From Heptranchias perlo (lineage: Eukaryota): a DNA stretch of 64,000 nt. Every line of letters starts with the position of its first letter. The stretch's first letter is position 1. The stretch lies in NCBI RefSeq assembly GCF_035084215.1, contig NC_090331.1, forward strand, positions 72,230,001-72,294,000. The letters run 5' to 3'. The translations under genes were made by a program, and so were the position numbers. A model generated the notes under the pieces. It had not been told where the DNA came from, made no database searches, and worked only from the letters and a program-made list of their open reading frames with translations. Shown piece after piece: positions 39,207 through 52,529 of the stretch.

Positions 39207-39994
39207 CTAGGCTAACTATGTACTGGGATGCATCTCAAGGGCATTTCAGTATAAGTTGAAGCAATTTTTAAAAACTATTTATAGATCACTGGTGAGGCCA
39301 CAATTAGATAACTATATGCAATATTGGGCCTCCTACCTTCAAAAGAAGCCAATGGAGATTAATATTAGGTGGGGTATAAAACCAGCACTCCACCCGATCC
39401 CGTGGGTTTCCCGCCCGGCGAATTAGGTTAAAATTACTCCCAAAGAGTTTTAAATTATGAAGAGGCTCAGAGAACAAAACCTTTTTTTAACTGGAGAAAA
39501 GAAGATTAAGCAGCCACACAATCCAGGTTTTATTAGGCAAAAATAATGTAGATTGAAGCAGTGTCCTTCACTTGAATTGTGAATGCAAAGCAGAAAGGAA
39601 ATGAGTATCAAATTAACAAACCACATACAAGCCTTAAAATTAGAAGGAATCTTTATTTTCCACCAGAGTAGCTGATATGTGAAGTAGGCTTCCAGTGAAA
39701 TAATCCATTATGTGTTGAATAATACCCTCAATAAAGAATTGAACGAGTATCAACTTCAAAATAGATTTGAGAATTATGTGTCTATGTAGAGATGGAAGCT
39801 ATTGAATACTTTGTTGTACATGAATTGCGGGTACTGGTTCTGAATATTTAGTGTTAATGCATAAGGAGTAACTGAGCACAGTTCATGTTCAATTATCACC
39901 AAAAGACCTAAATGAGTCCAAATAAAAACCCTTGGGTTTTCTCTTGATTGCTTTTGGAAGTCAATGAGAAATTTTAGTGTAAATTGCTTCCTAT

Positions 39995-41655
39995 AGGAAA
40001 TGAATAGGTTTGGTTCAGTCCATTGCAATGGAAGTTAAAGGTCGTTGTTTCGGCGCTACACGGCCTCTCGAAGTGCCAAGATGGCGTCTTGGATGCGCAT
40101 GCACGTTTCCAGCGTGATGTGCATCGGACGCCATCTTAGTATAGGAGTTAGCTCAGGTGCAGGTAACGAACGCCGGAAGCATGTAAAGTAGGGAGAAAAT
40201 GGCTTCAATCAGTGTGTAAAGCTGATTTAAAGTGATAGGCACCATTTTGGGACTTAACGCTCAACTCAGCGCATAGTCTTAACCCCGACCATCTAAACGT
40301 GTCTTAGAGTGCCTGGGGGACCCCCCACCGGCGCTATTTAAAGGGACCATGCAGGATTTAAAGGTTAGTGGCTGGATTATTGCTTCTGGCTGCCCAGACA
40401 TTTGTAACTGTTTTTGGAGGTCTCCTATACTTGAATACTAGGACTAGGGGGCAGAGCCAGGACGTGCAGGAGTGAAGTTAGGAAGTGCTTCTACATGCAA
40501 AGGGTGGGAGAAGTTTGGGAAGCTCTTCTGCAAACAGCAGTTGATGCTAGCTCAATTATGAATTCTAAATCTGAGATTGATAGATTTTTGTGAACCAATG
40601 GTACTCAGGGATATGGGGCTAAGGCAGATATATGGAGTTAGGTCACAGGTCCGCCATGATCTCAATGAATGGCGGAACAGGCTCGAGGGGCTGAATGCCA
40701 CTGCCGCTTGATGCTTCCTGATATGCGCAACCTTCTCCTGCAAGAAAGCAGGACGTGTGTCTGGGTGATGTGCCTGTCATGTATGAATAGCTGCCAGTGT
40801 GTGTGGCCTGTGAGTTGTGGGTCGGCGGCTTGCAACAGTGGTAATGTGTGAGGGTGAGAGGAAGCATCTGATTGGAAGAGTTGAGTAGTGATGGAAAGAG
40901 TTTGTCGGTAGATGGGTGATGGGAGGTGTAGTGCGTGGAGCAGTGGATGAGGCTATTGGTACAGTTGGTAGGAGATGTCACTTGAAAGTTGACTTCACTC
41001 ACCTTGGCCTCTCATGTCAAAGCATTGAACTTCTTCCTGTACTGCATCCATCCTGGCATTGACTTCATCCCCTACAGCCTCCCATTGCCTTTTGGGTGTA
41101 TGTCTGGAGGGCCTCCTGCTCCCCCCACCCACCCCCCACGGATATAGGATGCCCCTCCTTCTGTCCACCTCTTGCACCAAGGCCTCTGGTACATCAGCAG
41201 AGAATCTTGGTGCACGGAATCTCAGATCGGCAGTTTGGTGAGGTCTGGCATGCAGATTGGAGGATGCGGGATTTAGTGGTGCGCAACCTTTATTCAATGT
41301 TTTAACATAACTCATCAGTATGTAAACATAGGGATGGAACCTGCATCTGTGCTTTACACGTGCGATGTCTGATCTCCGTTCAGACTCCGTGCAGACAGCA
41401 GGCTGTTATATTCAGCAAATAACAGGTACCAGCTACCTTTAAGAGATTTCTAACAGACAGCCTGCCTTTAAGAGATTGGTGTGGAAAGTGCGAATTGCAT
41501 GGAATCCTTGTTCACGCTGATTTCCAACACAGATTGCAGGTGAGTCCTCAGGCTTGACGAAAATCTCATCCTGCCTGTGCCGGAGCCATTGGGCACGTGA
41601 TAATATCGGATCGTGCTACTTCCGCCCAAAAACAGGCCCTATCCAATTTTTCCCC
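39995..41655 (-). mobile_element. Older Harbinger-related element with a Myb/SANT-like exon; contains a CR1 3' fragment (~40555-40700)
   Basis: ORF 40995-41315 RAPRFSADVPEALVQEVDRRRGILYP...QWEAVGDEVN followed by a gtgagt donor; boundaries approximate. Confidence 0.65.
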
Positions 41656-41958
41656 TTACGTGTTTCCGTCATGTAAAACCATGGTACTTGGCATAAAACA
41701 TGGTGGGTAACCATTTGTCTGAATGAATAGTCACTGGTTTAAATAAAGAAAACTAACATCTGTTGCCATGTATTTTCTTATTTTCAATGTTATGGTCAAG
41801 ATTTATTTCTCCATAAATATTGTAGTCTCAAGGTCATAAAATGCCTGAAGTAAAAGAGGCACCAAAACACAATCCAAAAAAATCAGTTATGATGATAGCA
41901 TATTTTATTATGTGTGGGAATATTTCAGCATGAAAAAAATCCAGTTTTCAACAAGGAA

Positions 41959-44900
41959 TTAGAAGTCCCTCATACGCCTGAAAGATCCGATAGTTGAGCT
42001 GTAGCCACCCCAGTCACTGAATCTCCTGTATTCACCGGGTCTCATGAAGTACTGTCGGCCTCTGTAGTTGGGATGTTCATAGAAGGTCCAGTAACCGTCC
42101 ATCACATTGCAGGAGTGAATGTCACGGTAGCGGAAACGATCGTAGACAGATGGACAGTCATCCATGAATTCCATCATCTGTCCTCCAAAGTCAGGCCTCT
42201 TGTAAATCCTCATTCTGTAGGAGTCTCTGCTGGACTGTAATATAAATAAAGGAAGCATTTGGGATGTAGGTATAAATATATATACAACATATAATTAAAT
42301 TATTGGAAAGCGGCTGTGTTAAGCTTGTAATATTATCAGGGCACCCTTTGGCAATTTTGATGAAAATTCTCCACCCAGAACATTAACCTGTCTTGCTGTT
42401 TCTAGATATTGACAGACCTATTGTGTATTTCAGACATTTTCTGTTTTTATTTCAGATTTCGAACATTTGCAATTTTATCTTTTTATCAATATTATCAAGC
42501 ATTCAAAAGAAGTTATTACTGATAAAAATAATGGGGCGAACGATTTTGGGTTCGAGTCCCACACCGGACAGCCCTGGTGAGTGAAGATGAGAATTCCAGG
42601 GCATAATTTTAACATGGCAGCAAGAACTCAGCAGGGGGATAAATAGTCGTGTGGGATACCCAGAAAAATTTTGCATGCGTTGGCTCGAACGATTGAGACT
42701 CAATTGAAGGCCCTTAATGTGACTTCCGGGTTTCATGTCTCCAAGCTGTGCAGCGGGCATACTGCGCACCCGAATGACACGCTAGGAACTGGAGTATTTA
42801 AAGGGTCATTGCAACCATGGATTGTGAGGGAGAAAGGAGGAATTTGCAGATACGGAACATCAAAGGACAAATGCTGCACCCCGGTTTAACGGCTCCTCAC
42901 TGGAGTTGCTACTGGCCGATGTGAGGAGCAGGAGGGAGATACTGTACCCAGCTGATCGGAGGAAGTGTCCTGCCTCTGCCACCAAGAAGGCCTGGCACGA
43001 GATGGCAGAGGAACTGAGCAGCAGGAGCACGATGGCAAGGTCGTGGGTGCAGTGCAGGAAGGGCTTTAATGACCTAACCAGGTCAGGAAAAGTGAGTACA
43101 GTTACTGATTCACCCACATCCTGTGGTGTACAGTAGAACCCCCTCACTGTCTTGCCAAGCCTACTCCTCCACATCACCTCCTCACACCCACTTAAGTCTC
43201 ATCATCAACTTGCCTTCACTTTCTGTTCACTTCCTCACCTCCCCGTTTATGAACCCACCACTCCCACTCACCCCAATCCTGATGCAATCTGATGAATCTG
43301 TCTGATACTCACCCTCTGATGCATCTCTTTCATTGGTAGCCTCACCCAAAGCAATGCATTCATCGGGTGATCACGTCACCCTTACTCACTCATAAGTCTG
43401 TTCTTTCTCCCCTTGTAGGAGAAGCAAGTGCAAAATGCATGGGAGAGGAGTAGGATTGGAGGGGGGCCACCACAAAAAGTGCCCCTGACAGAGGCAGAGG
43501 AGGAGGCGATGGACATCAGCCTCACAGTTGAATACCTGGCCGTCGGAGATGGTGAGACTGGCAACCTGAAAACAGCTGGTGACAGAACTTTAACATCCTT
43601 CACACACATCATGAATTGATGTTACCAATGATTGACCTGTTGCACACCTCAGTATGTTCATTGCAAACTAACTTCTGTGATGATTTTTTAATATTGCTTT
43701 ATGTTCTCTTCCAGGGCCTTCATGGATTGATGAGGATGCACGCGCCATTGAAGAGGGCTATTCCTCAGAGGAGTTCCATTCCTCTGAGAGTGCACCATCA
43801 CATCATATCCAGCCATGCACAGGTGCAGATACTGGCACTTCGGTGGGTCCTGTTAGGCAGATAATTGGGTTGTCACCTGGTGATTTACCACTTGCAAGTG
43901 AGCACAAGCAGACACTGGTGGCAGGGACAGCTGTGGAGAGTCACTGTCGGGGGGGGGCACTGTCCTCTCCATGCTCTGCTCAGCTGGATGCAGATGCTGA
44001 ACACCAGGGGCCATTGTTGAGATTGAAAATGATACAGGTACAGCTGCATCTTTGCGAGGTACTGGAAAATGTGCCATGCACACTCTCCACAATAGCGGAG
44101 AGGATGGAGGAGTCCACCTCCAGCATTAGTGGAATGGTGGCACAGTTAAGTGTGGGAATGTCTGCTATGGAGAGAATGGCAGCCTCCATTAAGCTTCAAG
44201 CACGGCTCACAAATGAGTCCATTCAAGCCATGACAACGGCCGTGCGGACTCAGGATGCCAACTTTTCTGCCCCCCTTAACAGGCAGACAGATATTTTAAC
44301 TGTGGCCTTAGAACACATCTTTCGGATGAGACGTTAAACCGAGGCCCCGTCTGCCCTCTTAGGTGGATGTGAAAAATCCCATGGCGCTATTTTGAAGAAG
44401 AGCAGGGATGTTCTCCCAGTGTCCTGGCCAATATTTATCCCTCAACCAACATCACTAAAACAGATTATCTGGTCAGTATCACATTGCTGTTTGTGGGACC
44501 TTGCGGTGCGCAAATTGGCTGCCGTGGTTCCTACATTACCACTGTGACTACACTTCAAAAGTAATTCATTGGCTGGAAAGCACTTTGGGACATCCTGAGG
44601 TCATGAAAGATGCTATATAAATGCAAGTCGTTCTTTCTTTCTTTCTTCTTTCAGGTGTGCTCCAAGCTGTTGTCCAGCAGAGTGGTGGGAGTGATGTGGC
44701 CCTGGCCCAGGAGAAGGATGATGGCAAAAGGAGACATGGAAGTGGGGACTCCGCTCAAAGCACTCCCGCGTCTCAATGTTGCCGACAGAAGCAGATGCTT
44801 CCTGAGCGCATTCGAGCTCCTCCGCCTGTAACCCTCTCTGCTGAGTGACATTGTGCAGGATGTAGCACACAACTATTATTCTGCACATCCTCACTGGTGA

Positions 44901-47900
44901 GTACTGAAGGGCTCCCCCAGGTAGATTCAGGCACCGGGAGCACATCTTGGCTTGTTCAAAGACAGACCTAGTGGTGATGTGACTGTCATTGTACTGCTGC
45001 TGTGCCTCATTGGTGGGGTTTCTCAGAGGTGTCATAAGCCACCTCTGCAGGGGGTGTCCCTTGTCTCCAAGGAGTCAGCCCATAAGTCTGTCCTGTGCGT
45101 GGAAGAGGGCCGGGATGTTGGACCTGCGCAAAATGAAGGAATCATGGCACCTGCCAGGGAATCTGTCACACACCTGCAGAAATTTCTTCCGGTGGTCGCA
45201 AAACAGTTGTGCATTGATGGAGTGATATACCTTTAGGTTGATGAACAGTCCTGGGTCATGTGCAGGTCCTCTGATTGCTACTTGCAATCAATTGCGCCCT
45301 GTGCCCATGGGAAACCAGCGAGAGAGTTGAAACCCACTGCCCTCTCAGCCTGGCTGATGTCGTCGCAGGGGAAGTTGAGGAAGTTGGATGTCCTGGCAAA
45401 CAAGCCATCTGTGACCTGTCGTATACACTTAGGTGCAAACGACTGAGAGATCCTGACGATGTCACCGGTGGTGGCCTGGTGGCGAAGAAATTGAGGGCCG
45501 GGGTTACTTTGAGTGCGAGGGCAATGCATGGCTACCAGGCCCATCGGAGCAGCTGTGCTTGAAGGAGCACGCAGATGTCTGCGACCACCTGGTGACTCAA
45601 TCTGAGTCGACATAGGCACTGCTTCTCAGAAAGGTCCAGGAAGCTCAGCCTCCGCCTGTAGACCCTCTCAAGTGGGTAGTGCCTTCTGTGACCTCAGTCC
45701 CTCTACTGACCCCCTCTCTGCCCTTCTGCAGGTCCTTGTGGCGCATCTTTATCTTGTGGTCCTGCAACTCCCAGAACTGCACGCCGTGCCTGCCATGGTT
45801 GATAATGTGCCTCCTCCTCAGGTGTACTGTTGAATAAATCCATTGGGCCCCTCCCCCATCCTCATGTTGTCAGTTTGAGGCGGTCCAAAATGTAGGCAAG
45901 TTTATCTGAACACGAGAATTCTCAGTGTGAACAAAGGAATCTCAGTCTAAACATAAAGAACTCCCAGCCAAAGGTTTGTCTGAGAGAATTGATTGCCCTG
46001 CTGCAAAAACTCACTTTTTCTTCACGTGTGTCAATCATTGGTTTAAAGGACCGAATGAAGGCCGGCTGCAACTCGCCTCCGTTTCCATGGCGTGTTTCAG
46101 AGTCCACAGGAGACATGTTCAGGAGAAGTAAAAATGGTTTGTGTAACTCAAGACACAAAAAGTTAATAGGATTAAGTACTTTAAAGACCTAAATTGGCCT
46201 TTTAAATATCGACCCACTGGCTTTAAGTGTTGGTGGGATTTCCAGATGTCAGAAGCGCGCGCACATCCATACGCATCTGGATCAAACCCGGAAGTGGGCG
46301 CGTTGGAGCCGGTATGCGGTCCCGCTCCGAAAACTGAGTATTTTTACTGCCCACCCACCCCCAACCCTCCCCGTTCTTGGGGGTTAAAATTAACCCCAAG
46401 TCTCTGTATACTGAGATGGCAACCAGTGGGGTACTTATATCTGATGGGAGTGGAGTGGCAACCCCCTATAGCACCTGGCCAGTCCCCCCGGTCAGGCTAG
46501 TGACCGGGCCACTTGACAAGACGCCTTCATTACAGAAACAGCCCAGAGCAAGTGATGTAAAAGCAGTGGAAGGCATGGGATATGTCATGCCACTAGGCAT
46601 GGAAGAGAAGAAGAAGAAGACTGCTGTCATAATTTGGTTTTGTAGCTGCACTTCCAACTTTGAAACCCGACTCTCCATTATGAATTAATTTCCATTTTCA
46701 CTTGTATTTGAACCTAGGTTTCCCCAAGAGAGTTAGATTAACCAGTCTTGGATGCATCATCTGGGAGAGGAATGGAAGAAAGTTTGGGGACTCTTACCAT
46801 GCTGTGCTTCCTGGTGAGTCACTCAAGTAGTAGCATCAGCTGTGTTCAAAAATACGTCTGTGGGCTGTACTAATTCAAGTCAGATTTCTCTCATCTTTCT
46901 AGTACTGGATGTGTTATGAGTACATGGAACTCTTTTATTCTTTCTTTTTCTAAGACATAATTCACGAAATTTCCTCGACGGTTGTCCCAATTGGCCATCG
47001 TAACTTCAGTGGAAGTTTGGCAGAAATCTTCTGTGTATTTGGCATATACACCGATCTTCCGCCAAAGTTGCGGCAATCAATCGGGACTAACTATGTTGGC
47101 CTTTATTGCAAGGGGGTTGGAGTACAAGAGTAAGGAAGCCTTGCTGCAGTTATATAGGGCTCTGGTGAGACCACACCTGGAGAACTGTGTACAGTTTTGG
47201 TCTCCTTACTTCAGGAAGGATATACTTGCCTTAGAGGGGGTGCAACAAAGGTTCACTAGATTGATTCCTGGGATGAGAGGGTTGTCCTATGAGAACAGAT
47301 TGAGTAAAATGGGCCTATACTTTCAGGAGTTTAGAAGAATGAGGGGTGATCTCATTGAAACGTATAAAATTCTTCGATGGCTTGACAGGGTAGATGCTGG
47401 GAGGCTGTTTCCTCCATCTGGAGAGTCCAGAACTAGAGGTCATAGTCTCAAGATAAAGGGGTCGGCCATTTAGGACCGAGATGAGAAAAATTTTCTTCAC
47501 TCAGAGGGTTGTGAACCTTTGGAATTCTCTACCCCAGGGGGCTGTGGATGCTCAGTCATTTAATATATTCAAGACTGAGATCGATGGATATTTGGACACT
47601 AAAGGAATCAAGAGATATGGGGATAGTGTGGGAAAGTGGAGTTGAGGTAGAAGATCAGTCATGATCTTATTGAATGGCGGAACAGGCTCCAGGGGCCATA
47701 TGGCCTACTCCTGCTCCTATTTTTTATGTTCTTATGTTCAATTGGGACAATCTCTGAGGAAATCCCAGAATATTACTGTGTAGGCCAACAATTACAGGTT
47801 GCAAAGTAGATTACAATTTAAAATTTGGATTAATGATTTAAGGAAATCCATTATAGGAAAGAGGGAATTACAAACTATTGGAATATTCATCTACTAAATA

Positions 47901-48326
47901 AATGATAGATAGAGTAACAAGCCAATACAAATATAAATTAGTGGATGAGATGATTTATGCCTATAACGGACCATATGTTTGTAACTTACGTATGGGTATG
48001 TACGACATGACCTGATGTTGTCATTGAATCCCATCCAGCGCTGGTAATCAGGATATTCTCCCCTGCTCAGAACATACTGATATCCCATGTAATTGGGTTT
48101 CTCATACAGCACCCACCAGTCACTCTCAACACGGATGGAGTTGCAGCGGCTGAAGTAAGAGGACAGGTCAGCATAGTCAGTACTGCACTCGTGGTGCCGA
48201 CCCTGAAAGTTCCTGTCCTCGTAAAAGATGATCTAAGGGAAAGAAGATTTTAATGGAATTTTCGTATTTTCCAATTAATTCTTAACAAAATATGAAAAAT
48301 ATGGGCGTTAACCTTACCTTTCCCAT
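41959..48326 (-). CDS. Gamma-crystallin gene 4, 175 aa; exons 48318-48326, 47990-48232, 41959-42234; 5.75 kb intron 2
   Basis: ATG GGA AAG|gtaag; exon 2 translated by hand without stops ([25 protein letters not shown]...SCRTYPY); exon 3 [18 protein letters not shown]...RRMRDF*; AATAAA 41904-41909. Confidence 0.92.
42870..44318 (+). pseudogene. Harbinger Myb/SANT-like DNA-binding protein gene, spliced and decayed
   Basis: [13 protein letters not shown]...KAWHEMAE...QCRKGFNDL; donor 43092, acceptor 43418; next exon EKQVQN...IGGGPP; later coiled-coil exon cut by a SINE. Confidence 0.78.
44320..44650 (+). mobile_element. DeuSINE-like element (5' truncated)
   Basis: TTTCGGATGAGACGTTAAACCGAGG...ATCCCATGGC...GTGTCCTGGCCAA resembles the Deu central domain; ends GCTATATAAATGCAAGT(TTTC)n. 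Confidence 0.8.
44780..45700 (-). pseudogene. Harbinger transposase (HARBI1/DDE_Tnp_4-like), frameshifted
   Basis: [52 protein letters not shown] motifs across three frames. Confidence 0.9.
47090..47738 (+). mobile_element. CR1 3' fragment nested in a small inverted-repeat element (~46960-47768)
   Basis: [18 protein letters not shown]; flanking inverted match TTTCCTCGACGGTTGTCCCAATT / AATTGGGACAATCTCTGAGGAAA. Confidence 0.82.
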
Positions 48327-48379
48327 TTTGAGCTCACAGTTGGATAAGCAAGTTCCTGAACATACTGCTTCAGACGGCT

Positions 48380-48470
48380 CAGTATTTATAATTTGACTGA
48401 GAGATTATTGCAGAGAATAACTTTGTTATTCCAATGAATCGCAAGCATACATCAGCAAAAAGCAAAAACA
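48380..48470 (-). promoter_or_regulatory. Proximal promoter of crystallin gene 4 (diverged)
   Basis: TATAAA 48385-48390 (minus); CTTTGTT 48421-48427; TCAGCAAAAAGCA 48452-48464. Confidence 0.65.
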
Positions 48471-50947
48471 AGAATTAAAATGTGTCACAGACATTGCAGG
48501 AAAACACTCATTCAGCATCATAGATTGCTATTGGTTATTTTCATTTTGCTTTCATGTCATTTTGATTGTCCTGTAGGCAAAACGAAACAAAGGATGAGAG
48601 GCCGTAGCTATTCTAAGAGTAGAATACACACAAAACATTAAACTGTGAGCTCTGTTGAGTGTTCTGAAAGTACGCAAATGTTATTGTTTATTAGTTATTA
48701 TGCATCCAAATATAAACTAGGTGAATATTTGTCAATTTGCCTAAGCTTTATATTTACACAGCTATTTTTATTCTCCAGCGCAGCGTAATCAGCAGACTAT
48801 TGCATAGTGCTTCTTATGTGTAAGCATCAAAACAAATTGCAGAGAACTCAAATAAAATATTAAAATTTCCTTCTTGTACCCATGCTGGAGAATTGATTGC
48901 TTTTATTTGATTCAGGCAACATCAATACTATTTACAACCAAGTGAGCTTACCCCAGTAGCCTGACTGTGTTGTATATATTTCCACAACCAAATGCTAAGA
49001 ACTCTTCGGAAAATGCGAGCACCTCACATTGAGGTTGAGAATAAAGTGTGACAAGTTTCCCAAAGATGAATCCTAATAGGCTTTTTAAAGGTGAAAGGGA
49101 CTTCACAACATTTTAATGGTGGGATCGAACTTTTATGCCTCAGGGACAAGAGAGCTGCAGTGAATCATTTTCAATTATACATTTATTTGGAGAAGTCCAT
49201 CTATACTGTTAATGCCAAGGGGTCAGTTCCTTGCATGCTGTAGAATGGGTTACGGGCTACAAAATAAGACTTTTGCTCACATGGCATTGGAACCTGCCTG
49301 ATCATATTGAATCTGGAAGAGTTTTAAAGCGCTGAATTTGGGAAGGAGACTCTTGGAGCTTCCAATACTTTGCTGCCATTAAAATAATTTTAATGAGTCT
49401 CTGTCTGACAGAATTGACTCTCTTTTATGTTATAGACATAATGGAGAAAATATGCATCTGAATCTACAAACTACTTTTAATGTTATATATCTCCTTGAGT
49501 TAAGAATCTAGAAACTGGAACAGAATAGCACTTGACATAGGTGCAAAATGTCACTGATTCTGGATTTGATTGGATTAGTGTATGACTTGTATTAGAAGGA
49601 ACTCAATCAAAGGAAAACTGAAGTGGAGAGAATGGAAAGCTAATATCATAACTAATTTAGATGGTGATACTGGAACAATCGTTTGGGCTCCTTCAACGAG
49701 ATGATAAATCAACGTCACGTCCTAACAGTCTACAGTTCCTTTCGATCAGGTATTTGACCAAACAGATCAGGGATCACTAGAGGGTTGGATTAACCAATGG
49801 ATCTGGAATTGGGAATATTCCCAGAACAACAGGGAAATTAATCCTATTGTACACCAAAGACACAAGATTTATTTATTTAAAGGTAAATGGGAAAAGTACT
49901 TGGAAATAAAATCAGACTCCATCTCAAGGCAGTAAATGAGCAGGGTACTTGACACTCCTGAAGTTATTATGCCTGACTTGCATGGCAATTGTCAGATTAT
50001 ATAAGAGTAGAAGTGCAGATAAGAAGGAGAAATTCAACAAAGATTAGAAATACAGATAAGGAGTCCTAGAAATTTGGGTAAAGGAACAGATCTTTTAAAT
50101 ATATTTTTGAGTTGCATGAAACTACAGGAATTCTGGACTAAAGACTGCCATGTTGTCATGGGAATAGTTGCCATGACTGTCCTTATGATCTTTCAGTGTT
50201 TTAGGTGACTTTGGCAAAGCAAGAGCAGACAATAACAGAAGTAAAGTATGATCAACTAGCCTAGTTGTATGAAAGATGACAGTACCAAACTGGCTCCTTA
50301 GCCAATGTATGGCCATTCTGGGATGGTTGAACATCATGCTGTACATGGCCAAATTAGAGACAAACTAAATAGCATTGCCAGGGAGGAGGTCCAGATTCTC
50401 TCCAATCTGGACAGCACCTGAGTAGCATCTAAAAGGTTGTGTAGAAAATGAGACCTCTGTCTTAGTATAATGGATATCCAAAAGTTTCCGATTGGCAGGA
50501 GCAGGATGACATCAGATGGATCATTGTGCAAGACCAGAGGAAACTTATCACAGTGGACGTTTGTAAGAATGGTTCTGGTAATCATATATGATGGCAATGT
50601 AACCATTATTCAATATACTGAACTATGTACATTGATTGTATTATCTACTGACTGTGCTTTCAAGCACTTTTTCAAAATAGCAATTATTACAAACAGAAAA
50701 TATAGAAAGGGCTTTATTCAATATTTTAGCGAACAATTTAGCGAACATTTTATATCTGTTATCAGCCCTGATATACAGCTGAAATTATTGCAGTTTAAAG
50801 GATTCCTTTTTAGTTAACTGAGAGATATTTAAGTGGAACAAAGAGTGCATAGCAGAGGCTGAGTCTCAAATCAATCCATATGCAATCCTGTATGTAAATT
50901 AAGCTGGTGGAGACAGAATTTACTGCCAAATTTCACAGAGAAATTGA

Positions 50948-51630
50948 GGCCGATATTAACCCTCGCACCCCCCTCTCAACATGACGGGTGGGAGAGGGTA
51001 AGGGTGGGATTAAAAATTAAAAATCGTGAAACGCGACCTCAATCCACCGCATATGCACCTGCCGCCATTTTTATGAGCGGCTGGACACTTCATTATAATA
51101 TTTAAATCAGGTAGTAGGGAGGCTGATTTCAATTTAATGGTTGCTGGCCGAGTTTCCCAGGGGTTTGGAAACCCAGCAGCTAAATGGAGATGGGAACAAC
51201 TGGTTGCAGAGGGTAAAACTGCTCCTCCTGGCCCCTCGAGCAAACCTTCAGCCAATCGCGGCCTCTCCTCGCTGCCGCCATCGTCGCCCCCTCCCCATCC
51301 AAACCCGCCATCTTGAGCATTCTGCCCAGAGATCTGCCGCCACCGCTCCCTTCTGCCCAGCAATCTTTCCCTCCCTCTCGATTGCCTCTCCGACACCGCC
51401 ACCCACTACCAACTTCTGCCCCGCGATCTTGTCCATCCCCAACAGTCCCCGGCTGTGGCCTTCTACCACTGGCCTTCCTGCCTGGCCAGCTGCGGGAAAC
51501 AGAATTAAAAAATTAAGATGAGGTCCTGCCACTAAATTCGGCAGGACTTCCATGCTCCTGGGATTTCCGGGTCTCCCCCCTGCAAACACGCTGCCCCACT
51601 CCCTCCCTGCCTCCCCGTAAATATCGCGGC
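50948..51630. mobile_element. GC-rich MITE-like element with Harbinger-style ends
   Basis: GGCCGATATTAAC ... GTAAATATCGCGGC imperfect inverted ends; GC-rich island in AT-rich DNA; no credible ORF. Confidence 0.5.
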
Positions 51631-52529
51631 TGTCATCTTCCCCGAGTATCCCCAGCAGGCAAATTTGTGGCAGCAGTGAGTTCTTCGATTGAAAAATGAA
51701 GAAACCTGTGTATTACAGTTTGGACTTTTTGTCAACACTCTTCTCATGCTCCCAGACAGCCCATAATTATCAGAAGTAAGCTGAATCTCCGAACTGAACT
51801 GAAATGTGTGCCTTTCTTTTCTGCTGACGACTGTAGTTCAGCTTTAACCATTGACCCCAAATCATTGCTTACTGGAGAATACGTGGGATGCCACCACATT
51901 ACACCATCGCATCAAAAGGCAGAAAAATAACACACCATTTAACCAACCTGTACAGACTACTTGGGCAGATTTATTCACAGCTAAAGCAATGTATTGATGG
52001 GGATTTGGGTAAAAGGTAAAGTTTTATTATGAAGTGAAGGGTACATCATCTAGTCAACAAAGACTTGCACGGTTTGAAAAAACATTCCAATCATCTTCAA
52101 ATGAGATGATAATTTTCCACTCTGCTGTTTAGTTCATACCATAAATGGAACAATCCCAATCTTCTGTAGTTGCAGAACCATCAACCCTCCAGATGTGCCA
52201 GTGCTTAATTTACATTAGTTAGAATTATTTTGTGAACTTGACTGCACAAACTTTGATATGTCTCGTAATGTGTACCCAATCCTCAATATCTTAAGCTCCT
52301 TGGGACATTTTCCTACATTAAAGGCAAGTTATTGTTATTGTTGTTATCTTGTGAGATGAAATGGTCTCAATAAATATTGGCTCCAGTTCGGAAATGAATG
52401 ATGGTGAAACAGGGAATCAGACTATTTGTCACAAAAACTTGGAAAGGATTTTGTTTCCACACAATCAGTTATTCTGTGTAAAGATAGTCATTATGTCAGC
52501 TACCTATGGTAATTTATGCTTTAATAGGT

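Larger units (their letters stand above)
38470..39760 (+). mobile_element. Highly decayed CR1 ORF2
   Basis: QYGFRSNKS...YLNFHKAF in ORF 38623-38805 and downstream degenerate C-terminal motifs. Confidence 0.7.
42533..46397. mobile_element. Decayed two-gene PIF/Harbinger transposon in intron 2 of gene 4
   Basis: Convergent Myb/SANT gene (+) and DDE nuclease (-); degenerate GGG...ATTTT / AAAATTAACCCC ends; no clean TSD. Confidence 0.85.

Noticed and set aside
42870-45700. Domesticated host genes HARBI1 or NAIF1/MSANTD
   Set aside because: Frameshifted, SINE-interrupted, multi-copy and intronic, so transposon relics
48900-50650. Possible ancient L1/Tx1-like relic (also ~30600-32200 and ~14700-15450)
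   Set aside because: Purine-rich and repeat-like, but I could not read convincing protein motifs; needs a profile search
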